DNA of 30,135 nucleotides, taken from the NCBI GenBank assembly GCA_045863335.1, contig BTVY01000061.1, positions 1 through 30,135 on the forward strand. Direction: 5' to 3'. The position numbers and the translations under genes were made by a program. The DNA is from Candidatus Hydrogenedentota bacterium (GTDB lineage Bacteria > Hydrogenedentota > Hydrogenedentia > Hydrogenedentales > SLHB01). Of the stretch, positions 1 through 9,524 are shown one piece after another. The notes below the pieces were generated by a model. The model made no database searches and was not told the DNA's origin. It saw only the letters and a program-made list of their open reading frames with translations. Numbering within the stretch: the stretch's first letter is position 1; every line of letters starts with the position of its first letter.

Positions 1-673
1 TTCCGTGGTTGCTCACGAGTTAAAAGCGCCCATCAATGCCATTGAAGGCTACCTCAAGATCATGGCGACGCACGCGGCAGGCGATGACCCGGCTGTGTAT
101 GACCGCATGGCCGAGCGCAGCATCACCCGGATACACGGGATGCGCAAGATGATCGAGGATCTCCTGGACATGACCCGCATCGAGTCTGGCCAGAAGAAAC
201 GCGAGATCGCAACCGTGGACGTGTGCGAGGTCGCGCATCTCGCCTTGGAAACCATGATGCCGGATGCGAGGGAGCGGAATATCACGCTGGAGTTCAGAGG
301 ACCCGATTCGTTGCCTATGTCCGCCGACCGGGGCGAACTCGAGATCATCCTGAACAATCTGGTGTCCAACGCGGTGAAGTACAACCGCGACGGCGGGCGG
401 GTGGAAGTCGTGGTGAAGAACCCGGATGAACGCGTGCAGATCGCGGTATCCGACACAGGGTTCGGGATCGCTCCAGACGATGCGAAAAAGCTGTTCAACG
501 ATTTTGTGCGGCTCAAGAACGAGCGCACGAAGGGCGTTCTTGGCAGCGGCCTTGGATTGTCCATCGTGAAGAAGCTCGCGCTCATGTACGGCGGGGACGT
601 GGGCGTCGACAGCGAAGTAGACAAAGGGAGCACCTTTACGGTGGAACTGCAGCGGGGCAATATCGCGACGTAA
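1..673 (+). CDS. Sensor histidine kinase, C-terminal HisKA + HATPase_c part (5'-truncated by window edge)
   Basis: H-box VAHELKAPINAI, N-box ILNNLVSNAVKY, G1 DTGFGI, F-box LFNDF, G2 GSGLGLSIV, terminal GSTFTVEL. Confidence 0.95.
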   Translation, partial: SVVAHELKAPINAIEGYLKIMATHAAGDDPAVYDRMAERSITRIHGMRKMIEDLLDMTRIESGQKKREIATVDVCEVAHLALETMMPDARERNITLEFRGPDSLPMSADRGELEIILNNLVSNAVKYNRDGGRVEVVVKNPDERVQIAVSDTGFGIAPDDAKKLFNDFVRLKNERTKGVLGSGLGLSIVKKLALMYGGDVGVDSEVDKGSTFTVELQRGNIAT

Positions 674-789
674 GTTCGCTTGCCATTAGTCGATCTCTCC
701 CGACTTCAGACAATTCTCTTCATTGGCACGTTACCCGCCGCGCATGCTATGGTGCCTTGCGTCTTCAAGGTAGAACGGAGAAATTTCCT

Positions 790-2052
790 ATGCTTTACCT
801 GCGAGCTTGGGCGGTGTTGCTGACGGCGGCTGCGTTTGGCGCCAGAGGAGCAACTGCTGAACCCGTTTATCTGCCGCCCGCGCTACACGAAGTAGCCGAC
901 GGCCTTCGGTCGGTGTTCGACGCAATCGATGCGAGTATGCATGAGGCCGCCGGCAAACTGTCGGAGACCGGGATCGACAGCGACGAGGCGCGCGCCGTGT
1001 TGGCTGAACTCCTGGCCGCCCATCCCTACGCCGTGGACGCGTGCACCGTGAATCCCTGGGGCCGAATCGTGGCAGCGGAACCCGAAGAGTACCGCGACAT
1101 AGAAGGTCAGAATATCCGGCGTCAGGAGCAGATGCGGCGCCTGTACCAGACCCACGAGCCCGTGATGAGCTTGGTCATCGACACGGTGGAAGGGTTTCCG
1201 GCTATCGACATCGAGCATCCGGTTTTCAATGAAGACGAGATGTTGATCGGGTCGGTCAGCCTGCTCATCCGGCATGGAGGTTTTCTGGAGGACGTCATTC
1301 GCCCGCGCGTGCAGGGGGAACCGGTCGACATCTGGGTCACGCAGAAGGATGGTACGGTGCTGTTCGGCGCGGATTCCAGCCGAATCGGCACGAATGTGCT
1401 AACCGACGACGTCTACCGCGCACAAGGCCCATTGCTTGGGGTGGCGCAGCAAGTTTCGACGCAGCCCAGCGGCGCGACGACCTACGAGTTGCCGCGTCCG
1501 GAAAGCGATGCGCGCACCAAGCGAAGTCTTCACTGGACCTCGGTGGACCTGTACGGAACCACGTGGCGCGTGGCGATGGTCCAGGTGGTTGAGGGCGAGG
1601 ATGCGGCGGCAAAAGGGGAGTTCGACGACCTGCAACTGATGTTCGCGCGCGACGCGCTGAAACGGACCTGCGAACGGTCGCTCGTGCGGCGTTACATGCA
1701 CGGCGACAATACCGTCGGTATGCGCCGCATCTTGGAAGGGTTCCGCGCCGCGCACCCGTTCCTGTATTCGGTGCAATGGCTGGACAGCGCAGGCGTCACG
1801 CGCTTCGGATACCCGGAAAGCAACAGCCTGAACGATTACGATCACAGCGCTTTACGGAATCCGAAGGATCAGGAATTCATGGATGCCCTCGGGGCAGGCG
1901 AGGAGCACTGGCTGGTTAAGGAACTGGTTGAGGGCGGCGAAGGCGTCATCTACATGTGCCCGGTGAAGTCGAAAGACACGATCCTGGGCATGATCTACTT
2001 CATTTCGCTGTTGCGTCCCGAGCAGGGTCAAGAGCCGCTTGCTTCCCCGTAA
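790..2052 (+). CDS. Secreted/periplasmic Cache-domain (PDC-type) sensor-like protein
   Basis: ATG at 790 with GGAG upstream; signal peptide (AWAVLLTAAAFGARGATA); Cache-like segments (PVMSLVIDTVEGFPAIDIEHPVF..IGSVSLLI; IWVTQKDGTVLF; WRVAMV; GVIYMCPV..ILGMIYF); no TM helix or output domain seen. Confidence 0.6.
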   Translation: MLYLRAWAVLLTAAAFGARGATAEPVYLPPALHEVADGLRSVFDAIDASMHEAAGKLSETGIDSDEARAVLAELLAAHPYAVDACTVNPWGRIVAAEPEEYRDIEGQNIRRQEQMRRLYQTHEPVMSLVIDTVEGFPAIDIEHPVFNEDEMLIGSVSLLIRHGGFLEDVIRPRVQGEPVDIWVTQKDGTVLFGADSSRIGTNVLTDDVYRAQGPLLGVAQQVSTQPSGATTYELPRPESDARTKRSLHWTSVDLYGTTWRVAMVQVVEGEDAAAKGEFDDLQLMFARDALKRTCERSLVRRYMHGDNTVGMRRILEGFRAAHPFLYSVQWLDSAGVTRFGYPESNSLNDYDHSALRNPKDQEFMDALGAGEEHWLVKELVEGGEGVIYMCPVKSKDTILGMIYFISLLRPEQGQEPLASP

Positions 2053-2926
2053 GAGCGGGATCGAATTCTGCGATGGCCTCGGCAAGAAGGTCAGGCCTGT
2101 CCGACAGAATGCTGTCCACCCCCGCCGACAGGATCTCCCGTATGCGGGGGAGATCGTTTATCGTGTGCAGTTGCACCTTGATTCCCTTGCCGCGGATACG
2201 CTGCAAGTCCTCCATGGAAATCTGAAATTGAGGGAGCATGCCTTCGTCGAGAGAAAGCACGTTGTTCGTGGGCGCGTAGTTGTCCCAGGCCTCGCTTCGC
2301 AAGGCGGTCAGTAAGGCCGCGCCGTCGGTGAAGTCGTAGCACGTCGGCAGTTCGGGCGCCAGTTCACGCACCCGCGCCATGGTCTCCGGCTTGAATGACG
2401 CGATCAGCACGCGATCGATCGCGCGCTGTTCCCGCAAAATCCGCAGGCTCGCTTCGGCCAGCGCCGGTTCGCCTTTGAACTCGATCAAGAAGCGTGAATC
2501 CGGCAACGCAACCAGAATCTCGTCGAGCGTCGGCACCCGGATTCCCTTCCCTCGATACGGGAACGTCGCGCCACCGTCGCGGGTGAACCGGTACCCCGCG
2601 TCGAGCGCTTTTATCTCGGCCAGCGTCAAATCCGCAACGGCGCCAGTTCCATCTGTCGTGCGGTCGATGGTCGCATCGTGAATGAGCACGACTGCGCCAT
2701 CGGCGCATAGGCGCGCGTCGGTTTCGAGAAGGATCCCGGGAAACTGGACGGCCGCTTGTTTGAACGCTTCGATCGTGTTTTCAGGCCACAGATCGGCGCC
2801 GCCGCGGTGTGCGCCCATGAGGATTGGCGCGGAGAAGAACGTATACGAGCCGTCTTCCGCGGTGGCAGGGACAGGCTGCGCCGCCGTCAAGACAAGTAGT
2901 ATGCCGATCGTGAAAATCCGAACCAT
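2000..2926 (-). CDS. Glycerophosphodiester phosphodiesterase (GDPD family), exported
   Basis: Motifs GAHRGG, PENTIEAF, ETDARL, VLIHD.TIDRTT, IEFK, GVDSILSDRP; N-terminal signal peptide. 3' end overlaps the convergent gene by 53 nt. Confidence 0.93.
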   Translation of the reverse strand: MVRIFTIGILLVLTAAQPVPATAEDGSYTFFSAPILMGAHRGGADLWPENTIEAFKQAAVQFPGILLETDARLCADGAVVLIHDATIDRTTDGTGAVADLTLAEIKALDAGYRFTRDGGATFPYRGKGIRVPTLDEILVALPDSRFLIEFKGEPALAEASLRILREQRAIDRVLIASFKPETMARVRELAPELPTCYDFTDGAALLTALRSEAWDNYAPTNNVLSLDEGMLPQFQISMEDLQRIRGKGIKVQLHTINDLPRIREILSAGVDSILSDRPDLLAEAIAEFDPALTGKQAALDPARDATAK

Positions 2927-3092
2927 CTGGCAAGCCTCGCGTTGTAGACCAGGAAAGAGCGGTCGTCATAATAGCAGGCCTGCGTGAGAATCGTGCAAGA
3001 GGCGCGCGGCGAGTGGAGTCTGCGGGCGTTCCCATGGTGCGCTGCGCCGGGTGTTCGAGTGGTACCATCGTCTGACGCGGGTGACACAGGAA

Positions 3093-3121
3093 TTGACAGG
3101 ACAGGCTGCCTGTGTTCTACT
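3093..3121 (+). promoter_or_regulatory. Possible sigma70 promoter for the peroxidase operon
   Basis: TTGACA (3093-3098), 17-nt spacer, TGn-TCTACT (3116-3121), about 75 nt before the ATG at 3195. Confidence 0.4.
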
Positions 3122-3194
3122 AACGCTCCGGGTTGTACCTACCGGTACACCCGCGCCGCAAGCTGCAAGGTTCGAGATGTGAGGCATTGGTTGT

Positions 3195-5570
3195 ATGGTA
3201 CATCGGGTATTTCTTGTCGTTTTGTCCATTGGAGTGGCTTTCGGGGGGGTGGCACATGGCGCGGATGCCACGCTGATTCCCGGTTACAGAATCGAAGACG
3301 GAACCTACGTTCCAGAGGAACCCTACCGGGAAGGTCAACCTAAGGTAACCGGCCTTCAACTCCCGTTCCCGCAGATGCCTTCTCTCGAAGCCAACCCCAT
3401 GACGCCGGAGAAAGTCGATCTGGGCAAGCTGCTCTACTTCGACCCCGTGCTCAGCGGACCCAATACTTTGTCCTGCGCGACGTGCCATCATCCCGATCAT
3501 GGGTTTGCCGATGGCCGTCAGTTGGGGATGGGCGTCGGCGGTGTGGGCATCGGTCCCGACCGTGCGGGAGGCGCGGTGTTGAAGCGGCACACGCCGACGG
3601 TCTGGAACGCGGCGTACAGTCACCTTCAATTCTGGGACGGACGCGCCACCGATCTCGAGGATCAGGCGGGCAACCCCATTACCGCGCACGACGAGATGTC
3701 GCAGGACCCGGATGAACTGGTGCGCGAATTGCTCGCGATTCCGGGATATGTCGAACGGTTCTCGCAGGTTTTCGGCGGCAGCCCCGAGGAAGCCGTGACC
3801 TTTGAGAACGTCAAGAAAGCGATCGCCGCATTTGAGCGAACGATCGTGTCCTTCAACTCCCCATTCGACCGCTACACCCAGGGCGACATGAATGCGCTCA
3901 CAGAAGAAGAGAAGCGCGGCTTGAAGCTGTTTCGCTCCGTGAAGACGCGGTGCTTTGAATGTCACCGGTTCCCGCATTTCGCGGATGACACGTTTCGCGT
4001 GATTGGCGTGCCGGACCTGGACGGGCAAGCGCCGGACATTGGCCGGGCCGAGGTGCCGGGACAGGGCCCCCAGTTTGCGTTCAAAGTTCCCACGCTGCGC
4101 AACGTCGAACTCACGGCCCCGTACATGCACAACGGCGTTTTCGCCACGCTGGAAGAGGTCGTCGATTTCTATGCCAAGGGCGGGGGACGCCAGTTTAAGG
4201 ACCCCGTTCCCGGCATCGACGACAAGATTGGAAAGTTCACCTTGACGGAGCAGGAGACGTCCGACCTGGTCGCTTTCTTGAAGGCGCTGACGGACACATC
4301 GCTCCAGCCGGATCCGCCTGCGGAGGTGCCGTCCGGTTTCCCTGTCGTCACCGTGTCGACCAAGGCCATGGACCCGATACCTCCGGTGCAACTGGCATCG
4401 GCGGGGACGGCCGATGACGCACGCCTCACGCGCACGCCAAATGTAAGCGAAAACGCCTTGCCTTCCACGAACCAGTTCGCGGACCTGTTTGCAGCGTCCG
4501 CGACGACACAAGCTGCGGATGCGCCACATGCCGCGTCAGGTGTTACATTCACCATCGAGCCGGGTCAATCGATCCAGGCCGCCATCGATCGCGCGCAACC
4601 GGGCGACCGTGTCGAGGTGATGCCCGGCGTTTACCATGAAGAGCTGATCGTCGATAAGCATGGCATCAGTCTCGTGGGCCGCAACGTGCTCGGCGAACGG
4701 CCCATCCTGGACGGGCTAGGAACCATGGCGGACGCCGTGAACGTTTCGGGAAGCAACTTCCTCATCGAAGGCTTCATCATTCAGAAGTATGCCGGGAACG
4801 GCGTCACCGTCAATAAAGCGACGAAGGTGACGTTCCGCAATCTGACCTTGATCGACACCGGCGTATACGGCGTCTATCCCGTCGAATGCCGGGGCGTGCT
4901 GGTCGAAGGCTGCACGGTTACGGGAATTCAGGATGCCGGAATCTACGTGGGCCAGAGTCGCGACATTGTCGTACGGAACAACGAGGCCTACAAGAACGTC
5001 GCCGGGATCGAGATTGAGAATTGCGTCAACGCACTCGTGGAAAACAACACCTGTCACAACAATACCGGCGGCATGCTGGTCTTCGTGTTGCCGAACAACC
5101 CATCCAAGGTGGGTGACAACTGCCGCGTCATCAACAACCGCATCTTCGACAATAACGGGCCGAACTTTGGCAAGCCTGGCACTATCGTGGAGTCCATTCC
5201 ACCGGGTATGGGGCTCATTGTCATGGCGGCGGACCGTACCGAGGTCACGCAAAACACGATCACGGGCAACGACACCTACGGCATTGCCGTGATTGGGTTG
5301 GCCTCGTCGACCGCGTCACAGGATTTCGCTTCCCACGAGTTGGACGTGGAACCGAACAGCGACTTCACCATCATTCGTGACAATCGTATCGCGGACAACG
5401 GCGCGAATCCTTCCGAGCGATTCCGGAAGGCATTTCCGGACTTGCCGGGCGGTGACATCCTCTGGGACGGTACCGGAGAAGGCAACGAGTTTCTCGAAGC
5501 GCAGGGATTGAAAACCATGCCGCCCAACCTTTTGGGCAATTCCGACAATAAGCTGGCCACTAACAATTAG
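3195..5570 (+). CDS. Di-heme cytochrome c peroxidase/MauG-family domain fused to a C-terminal right-handed parallel beta-helix domain
   Basis: Signal peptide; LGKLLYFDPVLS, CATCHH, TPTVWNAAY..QFWDGRA.DLEDQA, CFECH, FKVPTLRNVELTAPYMHNG; from ~4545 SIQAAIDRAQPGDRVEVMPGVY followed by Asn/Gly-rich beta-helix repeats (DAGIYVGQS, NVAGIEIEN). Confidence 0.9.
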   Translation: MVHRVFLVVLSIGVAFGGVAHGADATLIPGYRIEDGTYVPEEPYREGQPKVTGLQLPFPQMPSLEANPMTPEKVDLGKLLYFDPVLSGPNTLSCATCHHPDHGFADGRQLGMGVGGVGIGPDRAGGAVLKRHTPTVWNAAYSHLQFWDGRATDLEDQAGNPITAHDEMSQDPDELVRELLAIPGYVERFSQVFGGSPEEAVTFENVKKAIAAFERTIVSFNSPFDRYTQGDMNALTEEEKRGLKLFRSVKTRCFECHRFPHFADDTFRVIGVPDLDGQAPDIGRAEVPGQGPQFAFKVPTLRNVELTAPYMHNGVFATLEEVVDFYAKGGGRQFKDPVPGIDDKIGKFTLTEQETSDLVAFLKALTDTSLQPDPPAEVPSGFPVVTVSTKAMDPIPPVQLASAGTADDARLTRTPNVSENALPSTNQFADLFAASATTQAADAPHAASGVTFTIEPGQSIQAAIDRAQPGDRVEVMPGVYHEELIVDKHGISLVGRNVLGERPILDGLGTMADAVNVSGSNFLIEGFIIQKYAGNGVTVNKATKVTFRNLTLIDTGVYGVYPVECRGVLVEGCTVTGIQDAGIYVGQSRDIVVRNNEAYKNVAGIEIENCVNALVENNTCHNNTGGMLVFVLPNNPSKVGDNCRVINNRIFDNNGPNFGKPGTIVESIPPGMGLIVMAADRTEVTQNTITGNDTYGIAVIGLASSTASQDFASHELDVEPNSDFTIIRDNRIADNGANPSERFRKAFPDLPGGDILWDGTGEGNEFLEAQGLKTMPPNLLGNSDNKLATNN

Positions 5571-5580
5571 GGGACTATGC

Positions 5581-6675
5581 ATGAGCAACGCAAGACTCGC
5601 GACCATGTTGACAATGGCAATTCTCGGCGGCTTTCTTTCTGCGCACTCCGCGGATGCCGAAGGCATGACGTTGACTGTGCGTGTCGGCCAGTCCATCCAG
5701 GAGGCCGTCGATCGCGCGCAGCCGGGCGATCGGGTGGAAGTGCATCCGGGCGTCTATAACGAGGACGTGACCGTTGAGCGTAGCGGGATTACGTTGGCGG
5801 GTGTGGAAAAGAACGGCGAATGGCCGGTGTTTGAGGGCAAGAGCGAACTCGCCGATGCCGTCCAGGTCTCCGGCGCGGATTTCACCATCGAGAACTTCAT
5901 CATTCGCAACTACCAGGGCAACGGAGTCGTTGCGAACAAGACGCGTAACGTCACGTTTCGAAACCTTACCATCGACAACGCCGGCCTATACGGCGTCTAC
6001 CCTGTGGAGTGCGAAGGCGTGCTCGTGGAAGGCTGCGTGGTCAGCCGCATCAGCGACGCGGGGATCTACGTGGGACAAAGCCGCGACATCATCGTGCGCA
6101 ATAACGAAGTCTTCAACAACGTGGCGGGCATCGAAATCGAGAACAGCGTGAACGCCATCGTGTCGAACAACAGCGCCCACCACAACACGGGCGGCATCCT
6201 CGTATTCGTGCTTCCGAACAACCCCTCGAAAGTGGGCGACAACTGCCGCGTGGTCAACAACCGGATCTGGTCCAACAATCACGAGAACTTCGGCAAGCCG
6301 GGATCGACCGTTTCCCACATTCCGCCCGGCACCGGCATTCTGGTCATGGCCGCCGACCGGACGGAAATTACGCAGAACTGGATCGCCGATAACCAGACCT
6401 ACGGCGTCACGGTTCTGAACGTCCACACCGGAAGCCCGGGTCTTGACCTCACGCACGACCTGGATATCGAGCCCTGTTCCGATCACACGGTGCTATCGGA
6501 CAACACCTACCACAACAACGGCTACAAGGTTGCGCCGTCCTATGCCGAAGCGGGCGCGCCCGGTGGCGATATCTTCTGGGACGGCTCCGGCGAGGGTAAC
6601 CGCTGGCTGGAGACGGCCGAACTCAAGACCTTCCCGGAAGGCCTGCTCAACGGCGGCGTGGAGCAGGGCGGGTAA
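5581..6675 (+). CDS. Secreted parallel beta-helix repeat protein, paralog of the C-terminal domain of the upstream gene
   Basis: Signal peptide; SIQEAVDRAQPGDRVEV, YGVYPVEC, DAGIYVGQSRDI, NVAGIEIEN, VFVLPNNPSKVGDNCRV, GGDIFWDG all shared with the upstream domain; 10-nt gap implies an operon. Confidence 0.88.
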   Translation: MSNARLATMLTMAILGGFLSAHSADAEGMTLTVRVGQSIQEAVDRAQPGDRVEVHPGVYNEDVTVERSGITLAGVEKNGEWPVFEGKSELADAVQVSGADFTIENFIIRNYQGNGVVANKTRNVTFRNLTIDNAGLYGVYPVECEGVLVEGCVVSRISDAGIYVGQSRDIIVRNNEVFNNVAGIEIENSVNAIVSNNSAHHNTGGILVFVLPNNPSKVGDNCRVVNNRIWSNNHENFGKPGSTVSHIPPGTGILVMAADRTEITQNWIADNQTYGVTVLNVHTGSPGLDLTHDLDIEPCSDHTVLSDNTYHNNGYKVAPSYAEAGAPGGDIFWDGSGEGNRWLETAELKTFPEGLLNGGVEQGG

Positions 6676-6785
6676 CGCTTTCGCTCCGATAGTTGGACGA
6701 GTTCGCGTGCTGATCGTTTTATACTAGGGTCAAGGTGCCTGCCGGTGTGCCCGCAAGCATTCGGCCCTGAACGGGAGACGAAACG

Positions 6786-7691
6786 ATGAACGCGATTCGC
6801 GGGGTGACGTGGCTTCTATTGCCCCTCCTTCTGGCCGTTTCAGCCTATGGGTTGGGTCAGGAAGAATTTGGCAATGCGCCTTTGGGCGAGCCGAATTACG
6901 CCGACTGGCCCGGCATCATGCCGACGATCAACCACGAAAGCCGCGTCTACAATTCCTGGGTCAACGGCAACGAGTACTTCTGCTACCGCGGAGACGAGGC
7001 GGCATTGAACGAAGTGCTGGCGCGATTCGCCCAGAGTGAGTCTCCCGTGCGCGAGGTGTTTGTCCTTCCCGGCGAAGGTGTGCGGAAGACCTTCGACGGC
7101 GTAGACATGCACTACGACTGGATGTTGCACATCCTGGGTGGAATCAGTCGCGCTGTGTCGAAGGAAGCCGTCGCGCTCGACCTCTATCCGACCCTGACCA
7201 TCTATCCGCGCAACCTCTCGCTGAAGTCCATCAACCTGCCGGACGGTATTACGGTCCTGGATATCCACGACCTTCGGGATCGGTACGCGGAGGCGTTGCA
7301 GAGCGAGGATCAGGAAGTTCGCGGCTACGTGGCCTCGCTGTGGGCCAGTGCAGACCCATACAATCCCGCGGCCGCAAGTTCCATCGCGGACTTGTTGCAA
7401 GACCCAAATGGCTGGGTGCAAAGTATGGCAGCCCTTTCGCTGGGGCGGCTCGGAACCCTGGCGGCTGCCTACCTCGAATCACTCAAGACGACCAGAGCCA
7501 ACCAGCCGGACGACGCCCAAATTCAGGAGGTCTTTGGCCGCGCAATCGAATCGATCGAACGTTCGGAAGCTCCAGCTGCCGACGCGGTCGACCAATTCGA
7601 GCGTGAAACTGCCGCCATTCACGAGTTCGTTCAGCGACACCGCGTGGTACACCCATCGAGTGGTCCCGACCCTGTTCCGAGTCCGCAGTAA
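6786..7691 (+). CDS. Secreted hypothetical protein with C-terminal HEAT-like repeats
   Basis: GGAG RBS; signal peptide; HEAT-like ALQSEDQEVRGYVAS and LLQDPNGWVQSMAALSLGRLG. Confidence 0.65.
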   Translation: MNAIRGVTWLLLPLLLAVSAYGLGQEEFGNAPLGEPNYADWPGIMPTINHESRVYNSWVNGNEYFCYRGDEAALNEVLARFAQSESPVREVFVLPGEGVRKTFDGVDMHYDWMLHILGGISRAVSKEAVALDLYPTLTIYPRNLSLKSINLPDGITVLDIHDLRDRYAEALQSEDQEVRGYVASLWASADPYNPAAASSIADLLQDPNGWVQSMAALSLGRLGTLAAAYLESLKTTRANQPDDAQIQEVFGRAIESIERSEAPAADAVDQFERETAAIHEFVQRHRVVHPSSGPDPVPSPQ

Positions 7692-7729
7692 CCACTTCTG
7701 CCCAGCCAACATGCTGTCAGATTTCCGAT

Positions 7730-7758
7730 TAGACTCCACGTCCGCAATTTGCTATGAT
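7730..7758 (+). promoter_or_regulatory. Sigma70-type promoter of the tRNA gene
   Basis: TAGACT, 17-nt spacer, extended -10 TGC-TATGAT (7753-7758), about 55 nt upstream of the tRNA. Confidence 0.55.
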
Positions 7759-7812
7759 CCCCAAGTGTGTCCGGCAAGGACACACCACAAACCAAATCAA
7801 CCACGTTTCGGT

Positions 7813-7890
7813 CGGGGCGTAGCGCAGCCCGGTTAGCGCACTTGACTGGGGGTCAAGAGGTCGCTGGTTCGAATCCAGTCGCCCCGACCA
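7813..7890 (+). tRNA. tRNA-Pro (anticodon GGG), probable integration site
   Basis: Acceptor stem CGGGGCG/CGCCCCG, anticodon arm CTTGA-CTGGGGG-TCAAG, T-loop GGTTCGAATCC, encoded 3' CCA. Confidence 0.97.
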
Positions 7891-9524
7891 TCTTTCTTTC
7901 CTGAACTTTGGTGCAATGTAGCGAAATCACCTGTAAATACAGGGCTTTTCGTGCGTCGCTTTCGATCCCGCTTCTGATCGCCTTTTCCGGCTTCAATGCA
8001 TGCAACGGACTCCGAATGACCCTGACTGCATTTTTTCGATACAGTCAGCGATACAGTCACGGGCGGGGTGTCTTCGGCATGAGCGACCTTCGGCACAGTG
8101 CCTTTCTCGACATGTGGAAGCGCCGGTAACTGGGAAACCGCCGCCGCGCCGTCCAGGACGGAGAGGTGAGTGTAGGTACCCATGGTGAGGCGCGGGTCGG
8201 AGTGCCTCATCAATTGGGCCGCCTGCTGGAGGCTAACGCCAGAACGGGCGAGTTCACTGGCGAACGTGGCGCGTAACGAGTGGATGTCGAGCGTACGGCC
8301 ATGTGCATCAATCTTGTCGATTCCCGCGAACGCAAGGTCACGGTCGAATACCCGGACCATCGAGGCTGGGAGATCAAACAGTTTGACACTTGGATCAAGG
8401 GCCATCGGAATCGGGCCGTCGGCTTTGCGTGCTGCCCGCTGAGCCGCGCTGAGCATGTCCGACAGGTATTCATTCAGCGTGACGAGGAGATCGGCATGCA
8501 GAGGAAGCACGGCGCCGCGCCGCGCTTTTTCGTCCTTCGCGTAAAGTTCGATACAGGGTGGTACTTCGTTCAATCGCAACTGACCGATGGTAAGGCTTCG
8601 CAATTCGCCATATCGTAGACCTGTGTAAGCGAGCATTCGAATCACAAGCCCGCGTTTTCTGCCCACGCTCTCGAGTCTTGTGATGGTTGCCCCTTGCAGC
8701 TTTGCCGCATTGCCAGGGTTTTTGTGACGTCGATCCGCCAGCGGCCGCCGTTCCGCTGCGTTGATGACCTTGGCGAGTTCCTCCAGCGTCAGCGCCCGCC
8801 GGGGCCGGCGCCGGTCCGTACGCTCATTCAATGTCCGTATGCCGGCAAACGGATTGGAACCGAGCCGCTCCACTTCAACCAGCCAGGAACCGAACGCTTT
8901 CGCCGCAACGATTCGTGCATTGACGGAACGGGCACTTAGAGGGGTTTCATCGTCCGCCCGTTTGGTCTCGTCCTCTTTTGGAATACGGCGAGGCTCCACG
9001 CGAAGCCGTCCGATCCATCTCTCGAAGGCCTCCCGGTTCATGTCCCGGAGCAGATTCCAGCCGCAAGCGTCAATCATGAATTTCAGGAATCGTTCCGTAT
9101 TGTCCACGTGCTCCTGAGTGGTCCCGCGTGACACGAGCGCCGAGGTATAGTCCGCAACATGTTCGAGAACGGATCTGTTGCCATGGTCCAAAAACCTGCG
9201 TTCACGGGGAGTCAGGGCGCCGACCCGTTCCCGCTCCGCTTCCCGCTCGAACCTCGCCAGTTCTGACCGCGCTGCGTCCTGAGTCCGGCAACCAGTTGAC
9301 CGTGTGACCGTCTTCCCGTCCGCGTCCTTGTACCGTGCCAGGTACACGCCGCAAGCCTGTACGATACGCCACGAGCCATCCCGCCGTTGCTTGACGGACT
9401 TGCGTTGACTCTTGCCATTGTCGTCAGTCCATTCCGCGAACCACCGGCCCTTGATCTTGACGATCTTCGCGTCGTCTGGCAGGGGTTTCCATTTCTCTGG
9501 TTTGAAGATGAATCCCATGATCAC
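7833..9524 (-). CDS. Tyrosine recombinase / phage-type integrase
   Basis: Catalytic motifs YTGLRYGEL (R), DEKARR (K), DIHSLRATFAS (HxxR), LMRHSD (H), TMGTY (Y); N-terminal arm-binding-like region (RSTGCRTQDAA); adjacent to and overlapping the tRNA. Confidence 0.95.
   Translation of the reverse strand: MIMGFIFKPEKWKPLPDDAKIVKIKGRWFAEWTDDNGKSQRKSVKQRRDGSWRIVQACGVYLARYKDADGKTVTRSTGCRTQDAARSELARFEREAERERVGALTPRERRFLDHGNRSVLEHVADYTSALVSRGTTQEHVDNTERFLKFMIDACGWNLLRDMNREAFERWIGRLRVEPRRIPKEDETKRADDETPLSARSVNARIVAAKAFGSWLVEVERLGSNPFAGIRTLNERTDRRRPRRALTLEELAKVINAAERRPLADRRHKNPGNAAKLQGATITRLESVGRKRGLVIRMLAYTGLRYGELRSLTIGQLRLNEVPPCIELYAKDEKARRGAVLPLHADLLVTLNEYLSDMLSAAQRAARKADGPIPMALDPSVKLFDLPASMVRVFDRDLAFAGIDKIDAHGRTLDIHSLRATFASELARSGVSLQQAAQLMRHSDPRLTMGTYTHLSVLDGAAAVSQLPALPHVEKGTVPKVAHAEDTPPVTVSLTVSKKCSQGHSESVACIEAGKGDQKRDRKRRTKSPVFTGDFATLHQSSGKKDGRGDWIRTSDLLTPSQVR
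8037..8059 (+). repeat. Tandem direct repeat CGATACAGTCA x2 (12-bp period), candidate integrase arm-type sites
   Basis: Exact 11-mers at 8037 and 8049, about 150 bp from the tRNA 3' end. Confidence 0.45.

Noticed and set aside
3120-4529. 469-aa antisense ORF over the peroxidase
   Set aside because: The opposite strand carries clear CxxCH peroxidase motifs; this is a high-GC shadow ORF.
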